DNA from: Nitrospirota bacterium
GTDB lineage: Bacteria > Nitrospirota > Thermodesulfovibrionia > Thermodesulfovibrionales > Dissulfurispiraceae
Assembly (NCBI GenBank): GCA_040754455.1
Contig: JBFMCP010000001.1
Location: forward strand, 215,720 to 279,719
DNA: 64,000 nucleotides
Direction of reading: 5' to 3'
The notes under the pieces are model-generated. The model was not told where the DNA came from and ran no database searches. It saw nothing but the letters and a program-made list of their open reading frames with translations. This document shows positions 10,488-20,693 of this stretch, piece after piece (within the stretch, counting starts at the first letter, position 1; every line of letters begins with the position of its first letter). Both the position numbers and the translations under genes were made by a program.

Positions 10488-11588
10488 ATGGTAAAGCCGC
10501 TTGATTACGTCGCTGTCATCAAACCCTACGTACCGGGAAAGCCGATTGCAGAGCTCGAACGCGAGCTGGGCATCAAGGGATCGGTAAAGCTCGCTTCAAA
10601 CGAAAATCCCCTGGGTCCCTCCCCCAAGGCTCTTGAGGCTATAAAAGGTTATTTGAATACCGAGTATGATCTCCACCGCTATCCCGAGGGAGGCGGCTAC
10701 TATCTGAAGAGCGCCATTGCCGAGCGCTTTGCAAAGAAGGGCGTTACCGTCGAGCTCGATGAGATGATTCTGGGCAACGGCTCGAACGAGCTCCTCGATA
10801 TTGCCGTGCGGACCTTTATGGGCCCCGGCGACGAGGCGGTCATGGCAAGGCCTTCCTTTATTGTCTATGCGATGGCGGTACAGTCGGTCGGCGGGAGACC
10901 GATCGAAGTCCCTCTCGTCGATTACCGGCATAACCTCGCGGCGATGGCTGACGCGATTACCCCGAAAACGAAGATGGTCTTTGTCGCCAACCCGAATAAC
11001 CCTACTGGCACCGCCAATAAAAAGGATGAGTTCGCGGAATTTATGAAGAGGGTCCCCGACGGCGTCCTCGTCGTCACGGACGAAGCCTATTACGAATATG
11101 TCAAAGACCCCGATTATCCGGATACACTGAAATATTTTTCGGAAGGCAGGGACATCCTCATCCTCAGAACTTTCTCAAAAGCCTACGGCCTCGCGGGTCT
11201 GAGAATCGGCTACGGCATCGCTCAAAAAGAGATCCTCGTCGAGATGAACAAGATCAGGGCGCCCTTCAACACCAACACGATGGCGCAGATTGCCGCGTTG
11301 CATGCGTTGAGTGATGAAGCACACCTCTCGAAATCGATCGAGACGAACGAGCAGGGCAAGCAGTATCTCTATAAAGAGCTGACGGACCTCGGCATTCGCT
11401 ACATCCCCACAGAGACGAACTTCATTTATATGCCGCTGGAAACAGATTCCAAGGCAGTGTACGATGCATTGTTGCAGACGGGCGTTATCGTCCGGCCGAT
11501 GGGCCCCAAGGAGATACGCGTCACCATAGGATTGCCGGAAGAGAACAAGCGCTTTATCGAAGCACTGAAACGCGTTATTGCGTTATAG
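10488..11588 (+). CDS. hisC: Histidinol-phosphate/aromatic aminotransferase, copy 1
   Basis: KLASNENPLG, NPNNPTG, DEAYYEY, RTFSKAYGLAGLRIG. Confidence 0.92.
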   Translation: MVKPLDYVAVIKPYVPGKPIAELERELGIKGSVKLASNENPLGPSPKALEAIKGYLNTEYDLHRYPEGGGYYLKSAIAERFAKKGVTVELDEMILGNGSNELLDIAVRTFMGPGDEAVMARPSFIVYAMAVQSVGGRPIEVPLVDYRHNLAAMADAITPKTKMVFVANPNNPTGTANKKDEFAEFMKRVPDGVLVVTDEAYYEYVKDPDYPDTLKYFSEGRDILILRTFSKAYGLAGLRIGYGIAQKEILVEMNKIRAPFNTNTMAQIAALHALSDEAHLSKSIETNEQGKQYLYKELTDLGIRYIPTETNFIYMPLETDSKAVYDALLQTGVIVRPMGPKEIRVTIGLPEENKRFIEALKRVIAL

Positions 11589-11682
11589 CGTTTATCGCGT
11601 TTGTCGCCCAGTGCATTATAGCGTGCATGCAAAAAAAATCTTACGCTGTAAACGCTGTACGTGAGAAACACTATAACGCTGC
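11571..11682. repeat. 8/9-mer tandem / inverted-arm element overlapping the hisC stop
   Basis: GCGTTATT GCGTTATA GCGTTTATC GCGTTTGTC ... ACGCTGTAA ACGCTGT ... CTATAACGC. Confidence 0.65.
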
Positions 11683-11707
11683 ACTAAGAGAGGGGAGGAG
11701 TTGAGCC

Positions 11708-12733
11708 ATGGATATCATTGTTCTGAGTCCCGATGCCTCGGAAGAGAGCATACGGCATCTCGTCAAAAAGCTCGAGAGCAAGGGGCTGAAGGCAAACGTC
11801 TCGCAGGGTACTGAAAGAACCATTGTCGGTGTCATCGGCGATACCTCAAAGGTGACCGAAGAGGAAGAGGACGCAATACGTGCGATAACGGGCGTCGAAA
11901 ACGTCGTGCGCATTGTCAAACCTTACAAGCTCGCCAGCCGTGAGTTCAAGAAAGAGAATACCGAGATCACCGTCCGGGGTATTACTATCGGCGGCAAAAA
12001 AATACAGGTGATTGCAGGCCCCTGTGCGGTCGAGAACAAAACCATCCTCACCGCTATTGCAGAAAAAGTAAGAGATGCTGGCGCTGCATTCCTGCGAGGC
12101 GGCGCCTACAAGCCGAGGACCTCCCCCTATTCCTTTCAGGGCCTGGGATTGGAAGGATTGAAATATCTCGCAGAGGCACGGGAAAAGACCGGCCTCCCAG
12201 TCGTTACCGAGATCATGGATCCCCGGGATATAGAGGGAATCGTTGAATATACCGATATCATCCAGATCGGCGCGCGCAACATGCAGAATTTCAGGCTCCT
12301 CCTCGAGGTAGGTTCGGTGAAAAAGCCGGTGCTGCTCAAGCGAGGGCTCTCCTCGACCATCAAGGAATGGCTCATGTCCGCCGAGTATATCATGTCCCGC
12401 GGCAATCACAACGTAATCCTTTGCGAGCGGGGAATCAGGACCTTCGAGACCGCAACGAGGAACACCCTCGATCTCAGCGCCGTACCGCTCCTGAAGCAGT
12501 TAACGCATCTGCCCGTTGTCGTCGATCCGAGCCACGGCGTCGGCAAATGGGACCTCGTCGCTCCGATGGCAAAGGCGGCGGTCGCCGCAGGAGCGGACGC
12601 ATTGATCATCGAAGTCCATACCAATCCTGAAGAGGCCTTCTCCGACGGAGAGCAGTCCCTCAGGCCCGACGATTTTGCAAAGCTCATGAAGGAACTGAAG
12701 CCGGTCGCACAGGCGGTAGGAAGAGACATATAA
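11708..12733 (+). CDS. aroF: DAHP synthase, class I-beta with N-terminal regulatory domain, copy 1
   Basis: [38 protein letters not shown]. Confidence 0.95.
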   Translation: MDIIVLSPDASEESIRHLVKKLESKGLKANVSQGTERTIVGVIGDTSKVTEEEEDAIRAITGVENVVRIVKPYKLASREFKKENTEITVRGITIGGKKIQVIAGPCAVENKTILTAIAEKVRDAGAAFLRGGAYKPRTSPYSFQGLGLEGLKYLAEAREKTGLPVVTEIMDPRDIEGIVEYTDIIQIGARNMQNFRLLLEVGSVKKPVLLKRGLSSTIKEWLMSAEYIMSRGNHNVILCERGIRTFETATRNTLDLSAVPLLKQLTHLPVVVDPSHGVGKWDLVAPMAKAAVAAGADALIIEVHTNPEEAFSDGEQSLRPDDFAKLMKELKPVAQAVGRDI

Positions 12734-12781
12734 GTAACTGCAAAACAAAAAACCTAAATTCTAAGTCAGTACGAGGTTGCT

Positions 12782-14359
12782 ATGGAATTAACGACAGGGA
12801 AAAAAGTACTTATGACCGGCAACGAGGCTATAGGCCGCGGAGCCATCGAGGCGGGTATTTCTTTTGCAAGCAGCTACCCCGGCACCCCGTCCACGGATAT
12901 CCTCGAATATCTCGCAAAAAACTTCTCCGGTCCTGCCCAGTGGGCGATCAATGAGAAGGTTGCCCTCGAAACCGCTATAGGGGCATCTTATGCAGGCAAG
13001 CGCGCCGTCTGCTCCATGAAGCATGTGGGAGTAAACGTAGCCGCCGATCCCCTTATGACCGCCGCGTATCTCGGCACAAAAGGAGGGCTGGTGCTCGTGG
13101 TTGCCGATGATCCCGGTGCCTACTCCTCGCAGAACGAGCAGGACACGCGCTTCTTCGCGCGCTTTGCAAAAGTGCCCTGTCTCGAGCCGAGCGACGCACA
13201 GGAGGCGAAAGACATGATGCTGCTCGCCTTCGATCTCTCCGAAAAGATGGAGATGCCGGTCATTCTCAGAACGCTCACCAGAGTATCCCATGCCCTTTCT
13301 CAGGTAACGATTGGAGACATACGGCCGCAGAATCCGCTCTCGGTCGAAAAGAATCCCGCAAAGATGCTCGCCGTCCCTACCAATGTCGTCCGCTGCCACA
13401 AGGCTTTGAATCAGAAGCAGCTGGAGTTGAAGAAATGGTCCGAGAACTCGGGATTGAACAGGGTTGTCGGAGGGGGCAGCAAAAAGGCGATAATCGCCTG
13501 CGGCATCGCCTATACCTACGCACGGGAATACGGCAATGCCTACGACGTGCTGAAGATTTCGAGCTATCCCTTCTCCGAAACCATCATCGATGAGTTCGTA
13601 CACGGCCGTGAAGAAGTCTGGGTCCTTGAGGAAGGCTATCCCTTCGTGGAAGAAATCGCGAGGAAATACTCCACAAAGGTGAAAGGCAAGATCTCCGGCG
13701 AACTCCCCGCAGAGGGCGAGCTGGGGCCGGATGCAATGGCGAAATACGTCCCCGGCTGGAACGACGGCGGCAGCACAGCTGCGGCAACCGGCCCCTTGCC
13801 GATGCGGCCTCCCGTGATGTGCCCCGGCTGCCCCCATAGAGAGCTCTACAAGGCTCTGGTTGCGGCAAAGCCGGCCTTCACCGCAGGAGATATTGGTTGT
13901 TACACCCTCGGCGCCGCCCCGCCCCTTGCTGCACTGGACACCTGCCTCTGCATGGGCGCGAGCATCAGCAAAGCGGCAGGCATGTCGTTCCTGGGAGTAC
14001 AGCGGATCGCTGCAGTGATCGGTGATTCCACCTTCCTGCATTCGGGAGTCCCCGCGCTGATCAGCGCCGTCTACAATAAAGCGAATATCCTGGTCATCAT
14101 CATGGACAACGAATCAACAGCCATGACCGGCCACCAGCCGACACCGCTGACCGGCTACACCGCCAAAGGAGAGAGGGGCGGCAAGGTCTCGCTTGAAGAA
14201 ATCTGCAAGGCCTGCGGCGTCGATTCGGTAACGGTGCTCAACCCCTACAAGGTCGAAGAAAACACACCGGTGATAAAGGAAAAACTGGATGCGCCTGGCG
14301 TAAACGTTATCATCTCCTGCAGCCCCTGCATTCTATCGGCGAAGAAAACGAAGAAATAG
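12782..14359 (+). CDS. iorA: Indolepyruvate:ferredoxin oxidoreductase alpha subunit (no C-terminal ferredoxin domain)
   Basis: GNEAIGRG, YPGTPST, MKHVGVNVAAD, SSQNEQDTR, CPGCPHR, GDIGCYTLG, TAMTGHQP. Confidence 0.92.
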   Translation: MELTTGKKVLMTGNEAIGRGAIEAGISFASSYPGTPSTDILEYLAKNFSGPAQWAINEKVALETAIGASYAGKRAVCSMKHVGVNVAADPLMTAAYLGTKGGLVLVVADDPGAYSSQNEQDTRFFARFAKVPCLEPSDAQEAKDMMLLAFDLSEKMEMPVILRTLTRVSHALSQVTIGDIRPQNPLSVEKNPAKMLAVPTNVVRCHKALNQKQLELKKWSENSGLNRVVGGGSKKAIIACGIAYTYAREYGNAYDVLKISSYPFSETIIDEFVHGREEVWVLEEGYPFVEEIARKYSTKVKGKISGELPAEGELGPDAMAKYVPGWNDGGSTAAATGPLPMRPPVMCPGCPHRELYKALVAAKPAFTAGDIGCYTLGAAPPLAALDTCLCMGASISKAAGMSFLGVQRIAAVIGDSTFLHSGVPALISAVYNKANILVIIMDNESTAMTGHQPTPLTGYTAKGERGGKVSLEEICKACGVDSVTVLNPYKVEENTPVIKEKLDAPGVNVIISCSPCILSAKKTKK

Positions 14360-14374
14360 AAAACTATTTTCAGC

Positions 14375-14419
14375 AACCGCAAAAGAGCCCTGCAGAAAAA
14401 GCAGGGCTCTTTTGCGGTT
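14375..14419. terminator. Bidirectional intrinsic terminator
   Basis: Perfect 19-bp stem AACCGCAAAAGAGCCCTGC / GCAGGGCTCTTTTGCGGTT with 7-nt loop. Confidence 0.85.
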
Positions 14420-14571
14420 TGCCGCCTTCACAGGAATCAGCGCACCGCTATTGTTGCCGATTTTTGTACATATGTTGCTTTTCCTTATTCGAATTTCAGT
14501 CAGTTCGGGGAAGATGTCAATATACAGAGGCTTCCGCGCTTGCTTCGAACCCCGGTCGCTTTATTTTTATG

Positions 14572-14600
14572 TTGACAATTCTGCAACGATTGTTTAATAT
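14572..14600 (+). promoter_or_regulatory. Sigma70-like promoter of the DUF262 gene
   Basis: TTGACA-N17-TAATAT. Confidence 0.55.
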
Positions 14601-14647
14601 TTCTTGGCTTCGTTAATCGGCCAATTACATCACGGGGGAGTGAAATT

Positions 14648-15838
14648 ATGAAAAAGCCGCTCAGTTGGTTTCTGGATGTGCACCGGTACGGGCAGTTGGA
14701 TTTGGAGCCGCCCTACCAGAGAAGAAGCGTATGGACCCTCAAGGACAGAAAGTTTTTCCTCGACACCGTCTTCCGGAAGTATCCCTGCCCAGCCGTTTTC
14801 CTGCATAAGGATATCAACTACGAAGCGGGAAAGATGAACTACCATGTCGTCGACGGAAAGCAGCGGCTCGAAACCGTCATTCTCTTTTTCCAGAACGAGC
14901 TCGCCATCGACCCGAGCTACGGCGACCCCAAGCTGAACGGAAAGAAATGGAAGGACATAGAGAACGATCCCGACCTCAAGACAGCATTTCTCAATTACGA
15001 GTTGACCGTTGAGTACATCGATACCAACGACAAGTACGTGATCAACGAAGTATTCGAGCGCCTCAACAGGACCTCGCGGAAGCTCGAGCGCCAGGAACTG
15101 AGACACGCCAAGTACGACGGCTGGTTCATCAATATAGCGGAGAGGGAGGCGGAAAAAGAGGAATGGGAGCGCCTCGGCATCGTGACCAAGGCGCGGATGA
15201 GGAGAATGAAGGATGTCCAGTGCGTCTCCGAGCTCCTTGCCGTGCTGCTGAAGAACCGTATTTTCAGCTTCAACCAGGAAGCATTGGATATTATTTGCGC
15301 CGAATATGATTCGCCCCACGAGACGTTTTCCGACTTCGATGAACAGGAATTCCTGAGCAAGCTTGTCTCCACCAAAGAGTATATCTTGAGAATGGAGGAT
15401 CATAATAAAGCCGTTTCGAAATATGCGAAGGGCTTCAACGACTTCTACAGCTTATGGACCTTTGTCGCGCTCAATCAGGACCGCCTGGATGCTCCCGAGA
15501 TCATTGCGGAGAAATATGCGGAATTCATGAAAAAGGTGGCAACACTCGTAAAGATAAAGGATATGAAGCTCCTGAGAGAGTATGAAAACGGCTCCTATCC
15601 CGATGCGTACACCTATCTGAAGAATTCCGGCCATGCGAGCACCGACCAGCTCCAGAGAGAAACAAGGAATGCCATCCTCGAGAGCAATCTTCTCGCCACG
15701 CCGATCCGGAACAGCGTCGCGGCTCCGCTCCTGGATGAAGTGAAGGTGGTTGAGCACCCGGTAGCGCCGGTATATTTATCGCCCACCGGGTTCGTTGAGG
15801 AAAGCGGCAACGGCAAGCATCAGAATGCGTTTCTGTAG
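14648..15838 (+). CDS. DUF262 (ParB-like NTPase, GmrS-type) domain protein with no evident nuclease domain
   Basis: PPYQRRSVW, VVDGKQRL, EVFERLN motifs; no HNH motif seen in the C-terminal half. Confidence 0.88.
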   Translation: MKKPLSWFLDVHRYGQLDLEPPYQRRSVWTLKDRKFFLDTVFRKYPCPAVFLHKDINYEAGKMNYHVVDGKQRLETVILFFQNELAIDPSYGDPKLNGKKWKDIENDPDLKTAFLNYELTVEYIDTNDKYVINEVFERLNRTSRKLERQELRHAKYDGWFINIAEREAEKEEWERLGIVTKARMRRMKDVQCVSELLAVLLKNRIFSFNQEALDIICAEYDSPHETFSDFDEQEFLSKLVSTKEYILRMEDHNKAVSKYAKGFNDFYSLWTFVALNQDRLDAPEIIAEKYAEFMKKVATLVKIKDMKLLREYENGSYPDAYTYLKNSGHASTDQLQRETRNAILESNLLATPIRNSVAAPLLDEVKVVEHPVAPVYLSPTGFVEESGNGKHQNAFL

Positions 15839-15866
15839 GCGGTAAAAGAGCACCTCCCCCAGGATA

Positions 15867-15907
15867 AAAGGGGACACGTCCTCACCCATCAGGGCGTGTC
15901 CCCTTTG
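15867..15907 (+). terminator. Intrinsic terminator after DUF262
   Basis: AAAGGGGACACGTCCT / AGGGCGTGTCCCCTTT hairpin. Confidence 0.75.
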
Positions 15908-16051
15908 TGTTTCAAAATGGGCGTCGACGTATAGACATCTTTAATAGCACTATAAAATAAGCTCATCTTTCTTGACTTGCCCTGCGAAATATATTATTTT
16001 GAAAGAACGATACGGCGTATACTTTTCACTATAGAGAGGGAGGCAAAGGGT

Positions 16052-16258
16052 ATGACGACAAAGAATGCATTCAACTGGGTAACCATCATTTCGACGATCT
16101 ATCTCATCCTGGCGGGCATCGGGAGCGCGACGACCGTGCGGGACAACCTTATCAACCACAGCGGGTGGGTCATCGTCAGCTATGTGGCAACCGGGGCAAT
16201 ATTCGTCGTTATTTCGATTATTATCATTCAGCAGTATTTTTCAGCTTTTAAAAAGTAA
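16052..16258 (+). CDS. Small (68 aa) two-TM membrane protein, hypothetical
   Basis: SD GGGAGG upstream; two hydrophobic helices; flanked by terminators. Confidence 0.65.
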   Translation: MTTKNAFNWVTIISTIYLILAGIGSATTVRDNLINHSGWVIVSYVATGAIFVVISIIIIQQYFSAFKK

Positions 16259-16277
16259 TTACCGCTGATCGAGCCTT

Positions 16278-16325
16278 ATGACAAAAAGAGGACAAGGCAA
16301 CCACCGCCTTGCCCTCTTTTGTTAT
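16278..16325. terminator. Bidirectional terminator between convergent genes
   Basis: ACAAAAAGAGGACAAGGC / GCCTTGCCCTCTTTTGT hairpin. Confidence 0.75.
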
Positions 16326-16332
16326 TATCCCG

Positions 16333-16764
16333 CTACAGCTTGTAGACCTCTTTGGCACTCAGCATGTTGATGCCGGCTTTCTTCAATGCCTTGATACCGG
16401 CATTGACATTCTCGGTGCGGAGGACGACCACCGCTTTTTCACCCTTCTTTTCCACAAAAGCGTACATGTACTCCACGTTGAGGTCGGCGTTGTTGAGCGC
16501 CCTGAGCACCTCGGCGAGTCCGCCAGGTCGGTCCGAAACCTCGACGGCGATCACCTCGTTCTCTCCTACGGTGAACTTATTTTTCTCAAGGACTTTTTTC
16601 GCCTTGTCGGGGTCAGGGACAATCAGCCGGAGAATGCCGAATTCGGAAGTGTCGGCGATCGAGAGCGCACGGATGTTGATCTTTGCCTTGCCGAGGACTT
16701 CCAGCGCTTCCTGGAGCCTTCCTTTCCTGTTCTCCAAGAATATCGATATCTGCTGAACTTTCAT
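16333..16764 (-). CDS. Tandem ACT-domain protein (paaK-associated type)
   Basis: [50 protein letters not shown]. Confidence 0.9.
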   Translation of the reverse strand: MKVQQISIFLENRKGRLQEALEVLGKAKINIRALSIADTSEFGILRLIVPDPDKAKKVLEKNKFTVGENEVIAVEVSDRPGGLAEVLRALNNADLNVEYMYAFVEKKGEKAVVVLRTENVNAGIKALKKAGINMLSAKEVYKL

Positions 16765-16780
16765 GTTTTTTCTCCTTTCA

Positions 16781-16872
16781 AAAACCGCAATCCGTAACGG
16801 GTAATGCGTGATCGGTAACGGATTAATGAGTTTTATTTCTTTTGTATTTTACTCATCACGCGCTACGGTTTT
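16781..16872. repeat. Heptamer tandem / inverted-arm element (GTAATGC family)
   Basis: GCAATCC GTAACGG GTAATGC GTGATCG GTAACGG ... TTACTCA TCACGCG CTACGG. Confidence 0.7.
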
Positions 16873-18170
16873 TACAATTGCCGCTGGTCGAAGACCCTCT
16901 TCGCCTTCCCCTCGCTGCGCGGGAGGCTCTTGGGCTCAACGAGCGTTACCTTGACGCGCAGCCCGATAGCTTCGTCAATCGCCTTCTCCAGCTTCTTCCT
17001 GAGCTCCTCGAGGTGTTTGATTTCATCGGAGAAGACCTTCTTCGAAACCTCGACCTTCACTTCGACCTCGTCGAGGTGGTGCGGACGCGTTACATAAATC
17101 TGATAGTGCGGCTCGATCCCTTTCACCGAGAGGAGCGCCTTCTCGATCTTGGAAGGGAAAACGATAACCCCCCTGACCTTGAGCATATCATCGCTGCGGC
17201 CGGTGACCCTGTCCATTTTCACAAGGGTCCTGCCGCACGGGCACTGCCCCTTCTTCAGCGAGGTGATGTCCTTCGTCCTGAAGCGGATAACCGGCATGCC
17301 CTCGCGGGTCAGCGTGGTCAGCACCAGTTCGCCTTTCTCTCCCTCCGGAAGAGGCTCCAGCGTCTCGGGAGAAATAATTTCGGGATAGAAATGGTCTTCG
17401 GCGATATGCGATCCGGTCTTGTCCATGCATTCCTGGGCAACGCCGGGACCGATGATCTCGGTGAGGCCGTATATATTCAGCGCATCGAGCTTGAGGCGCC
17501 GCTCGATCTCCTGCCGCATTCGCTCGGTCCACATCTCTGCGCCGAAGACCCCTGCCTTCAATTTAATCTTCTTCTTGGCAACGCCCTCTTCCTCGATCGC
17601 TTCTGCCAAGTACAATGCATAGGAAGGCGTACAGGTGAGGATCGTCGTACCGAAGTCAGCCATGATCTGTATCTGCCGCTTCGTCTGTCCCGCTGATACG
17701 GGGACGACGGTGGCGCCGATCTTCTGCGCTCCATAGTGCACGCCGAGTCCGCCGGTGAAGAGGCCGTAGCCGTAGCCGTTCTGGATGAGATCGCCCCTGG
17801 TCGTGCCGGCCATGGTCAATGCGCGTGCAACCACTTCGCCCCAGAGATCGATATCATTGCGCGTATAGCCCACAACCACCGGGGTGCCGGTGGTCCCTGA
17901 CGAACTGTGTACTTCGACGATCTCCGTGCCCGGGACAGCGAACATGCCGAAGGGATAGACTTCTCTGAGATCAGCCTTCTCGGTGAAGGGAATCTTCTTT
18001 ATGTCAGCCAGGGTCTTAATATCGGAAGGCTTGAATTTTGCGCTGTTGAATCGTTTTTTGTAGAAAGGAACTTTTTCATAGGCGTACGTTACAATCGCCT
18101 GCAGCCGTCCGAGCTGCAGACTCTCCCTCTCCTTTGCGGTCATACATTCCGCTTTCTTGTCCCAGATCAT
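16872..18170 (-). CDS. paaK: Phenylacetate-CoA ligase family, copy A
   Basis: [53 protein letters not shown]. Confidence 0.92.
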   Translation of the reverse strand: MIWDKKAECMTAKERESLQLGRLQAIVTYAYEKVPFYKKRFNSAKFKPSDIKTLADIKKIPFTEKADLREVYPFGMFAVPGTEIVEVHSSSGTTGTPVVVGYTRNDIDLWGEVVARALTMAGTTRGDLIQNGYGYGLFTGGLGVHYGAQKIGATVVPVSAGQTKRQIQIMADFGTTILTCTPSYALYLAEAIEEEGVAKKKIKLKAGVFGAEMWTERMRQEIERRLKLDALNIYGLTEIIGPGVAQECMDKTGSHIAEDHFYPEIISPETLEPLPEGEKGELVLTTLTREGMPVIRFRTKDITSLKKGQCPCGRTLVKMDRVTGRSDDMLKVRGVIVFPSKIEKALLSVKGIEPHYQIYVTRPHHLDEVEVKVEVSKKVFSDEIKHLEELRKKLEKAIDEAIGLRVKVTLVEPKSLPRSEGKAKRVFDQRQL

Positions 18171-18205
18171 GGCTCCACTCCTTAACATGAACAGAAATTT
18201 ATGGT

Positions 18206-18616
18206 CTAATAGAAACGGATATTTTCGCCTTTCAAACGTTCTTTCGCTTCTTTTACATCTTCTACTTCGACAATCAAAAAGGCCTTGTTTCTCGATTCAC
18301 CGACGAGGACATGGACATTTTCGACATTGATGGCGTGCTTGCCGAGAGCCCTGACAACCTCATAGAGCATGCCGGGCCGGTCTTCAAGCTCGATGCCCAG
18401 CACCTCGTTGAGCGATACGGTAAAGCCTTTCCCCTTGAGGCTCGTATAGGCCTGGTCGGTCCTGTCCACGATGAATTTTATGACGCCGTAATCGCCGATG
18501 CTCGAGATATAGATGGCGAGGATATTGACGCCTTCGTCGGCAAAGACCTTGGTGATCTTTTCGAGCCTGCCCGGCTTGTTCTCTGCAAAGACCGACAGCT
18601 GCCGCAATTCGCCCAT
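18206..18616 (-). CDS. Tandem ACT-domain protein, second copy
   Basis: [20 protein letters not shown]; paralog of 16333-16764. Confidence 0.85.
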   Translation of the reverse strand: MGELRQLSVFAENKPGRLEKITKVFADEGVNILAIYISSIGDYGVIKFIVDRTDQAYTSLKGKGFTVSLNEVLGIELEDRPGMLYEVVRALGKHAINVENVHVLVGESRNKAFLIVEVEDVKEAKERLKGENIRFY

Positions 18617-18635
18617 ACACTACCTCCTTAACGAG

Positions 18636-18715
18636 GAAATTCCACATTTAAAATCCCAAGCTTTCAGAGAAATCCGAATTCTTTTTGGAATTTGATGTTT
18701 GGAATTCGGAGTTTC
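18636..18715. repeat. Heptamer tandem / inverted-arm element (AAATTCC family)
   Basis: AAATTCC ACATTTA AAATCCC ... TGGAATT TGATGTT TGGAATT CGGAGTT. Confidence 0.65.
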
Positions 18716-18718
18716 ACA

Positions 18719-20011
18719 CTATAGCGTTCTATTGTCAATCACCCGTTTGGCCTTGCCTTCGAAGACCGGCAGTGTGCCGGGTTCGTGGAGCTCGACCTTC
18801 GGCTTCACCAGAATCTCGTTCTTCAGCAGATCGGTGATCCGGTTCTGGAGCTTCACCAGGTGCGTCACATTGCCGTCGAAGAGGTCCCGTTCGATCTCAA
18901 CCTGTACGGTCATGTGGTCAAGAGACTCGAGAATGATCTGGTAATTCTGCGCAACGCCCTTGACGCTCATAAGGATATTCTCGATCTGCTGCGGGAAGAT
19001 GTTGACGCCTTTTACAATGAACATGTCGTCGGTACGGCCGAAGATACGGTTGATCCTCCGGTGCGTCCGGCCACAGGAGCATGCCTCGGGAATAACTGCG
19101 GTGAGGTCCCTCGTCCGGTACCTGAGGATGGGCATGCCCTCCCTGCAGAGCGACGTAAGGACAATCTCGCCCTTCTCGCCGTCGGCAACCGGCTCGCCGG
19201 TCTCGGGATTAATGATTTCGAGGAGGAAGTTGTCTTCCCAGAGATGCATTCCCTCCTTGCCTTCGCATTCGAAAGCGACACCGGGGCCGTTCATCTCGGA
19301 AAGGCCGTAGGAATTGTAGACGTCGATGCCGTAGAACTGCTCGATCTTCCTCCTCGTCTCTTCGGAATAGGGCTCGGCGCCCATATAGGCCCTTTTCAAC
19401 GACAGGTCTCTCTGGGGAACAATGCCCTTCTTGATGAGCACATCGGCGAGATACAGGGCATAGCTGGGGGTTATATGAATGGCGGTCGTCTTGAAGTCCT
19501 GCATCAGAGTGATCTGGCGGTCCGTGTTTCCCGGGCCTGCAGGGACGATCAGAATGCCGACCTTCTCGGCGCCGTAATGCATGACCAGAGCGCCGGTGAA
19601 GAGTCCGTAGGTCATCATGTTCTGGAGTACATCGTTCTTTCTCATTCCCGTCATGACAAGGCAGCGGGCGATAAGATTGGCACCGTTATCGATATCGTTT
19701 TTCGTAAAGAAAATCGCCTTGGGCTTACCGGTTGTGCCGCTGGAGGTGTGGACACGGACGATCTCCTCCCGCGGGACGGCAAGCAGGCCAAAGGGGTAGT
19801 TGGCGAGCAGGTCCTCCTTGGTGGTGAAGGGGACCTTCCGGGCATCGGCCAGCGTTTTTATATCGTCGGGCTTGACGCCCTTTTCGTCGAAACGGCTGCG
19901 ATAAAAGGGCACCTTCTCGTAAACACGCCGCACGGTCTCCTGCAGCCGCCGGAGTTGGAGCTCTTCAAGTTGTCTGCGGCCTATGGTTTCAAACTCTTCC
20001 TGCCAGAACAT
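18719..20011 (-). CDS. paaK: Phenylacetate-CoA ligase family, copy B
   Basis: HTSSGTTG, YGLFTGALVMHYG, SYGLSEMNGPGVA, GRTDDMFIVKGVN. Confidence 0.92.
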   Translation of the reverse strand: MFWQEEFETIGRRQLEELQLRRLQETVRRVYEKVPFYRSRFDEKGVKPDDIKTLADARKVPFTTKEDLLANYPFGLLAVPREEIVRVHTSSGTTGKPKAIFFTKNDIDNGANLIARCLVMTGMRKNDVLQNMMTYGLFTGALVMHYGAEKVGILIVPAGPGNTDRQITLMQDFKTTAIHITPSYALYLADVLIKKGIVPQRDLSLKRAYMGAEPYSEETRRKIEQFYGIDVYNSYGLSEMNGPGVAFECEGKEGMHLWEDNFLLEIINPETGEPVADGEKGEIVLTSLCREGMPILRYRTRDLTAVIPEACSCGRTHRRINRIFGRTDDMFIVKGVNIFPQQIENILMSVKGVAQNYQIILESLDHMTVQVEIERDLFDGNVTHLVKLQNRITDLLKNEILVKPKVELHEPGTLPVFEGKAKRVIDNRTL

Positions 20012-20012
20012 C

Positions 20013-20594
20013 TTACTTCTTCGAGCTGATCGCTCGTCCTTTCTCAAAAGCGCTGAGATTCATATCGATGAATTTCGCAGGGACCGATTCCCGTATGGTC
20101 TGTTCCCATATTGAGATCGGGAAGGGGAGATAAGTGGAGAGGGTGCCGACGAGCACGATGTTCTCGGCCTTTGGCGTGCCTGCCTGTTTCGCCAGTTCAA
20201 GCGCATCCAGGGAGTCTACTTGGAAGCCCATTCCGGAAAGCCGGGCCACGGCATCTTCGGGATAGGGAGTAGCGGCATTAATATTCGGCGGCGGCACTTT
20301 TCGCAAATTCAGGATAATCCTGCTCTTGGGCTTGAGAAAATAGGAATACCGCAGGCCTTCCAGCTCTTCCATGGCGACCAGAAACTCTGCCTTCCCCACT
20401 GGAATGAGCGGTGAAAAGACCTCATCGCCAAAACGGACATGGCTGATGACGCTCCCCCCCCGCTGCGCCATACCGTGCAACTCGCTCTCCTTAACCATAT
20501 GACCGGCATTGGACGCACAGCGTGCCACGAGCCTGCTGGCGAGGATAATGCCCTGGCCTCCTACCCCTGCAAAGAGGATATTGACCGTTTCCAT
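20013..20594 (-). CDS. iorB: Indolepyruvate:ferredoxin oxidoreductase beta subunit
   Basis: AGVGGQGIILAS, SELHGMAQRGGSV, NLSAFEKG. Confidence 0.92.
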   Translation of the reverse strand: METVNILFAGVGGQGIILASRLVARCASNAGHMVKESELHGMAQRGGSVISHVRFGDEVFSPLIPVGKAEFLVAMEELEGLRYSYFLKPKSRIILNLRKVPPPNINAATPYPEDAVARLSGMGFQVDSLDALELAKQAGTPKAENIVLVGTLSTYLPFPISIWEQTIRESVPAKFIDMNLSAFEKGRAISSKK

Positions 20595-20693
20595 TAGTAC
20601 CTTCTTATCTTGTTATTAAGCGCTAATACTAAATTAGGCTGAAAGCGTGATTTTATCACAGATCAAAAATTTGCTGCAAACAGAGCCCCCCAC

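Noticed and set aside
14360..20690. Actively invertible segment between iorA and iorB
   Set aside because: No convincing inverted repeats at the boundaries and no recombinase gene seen.
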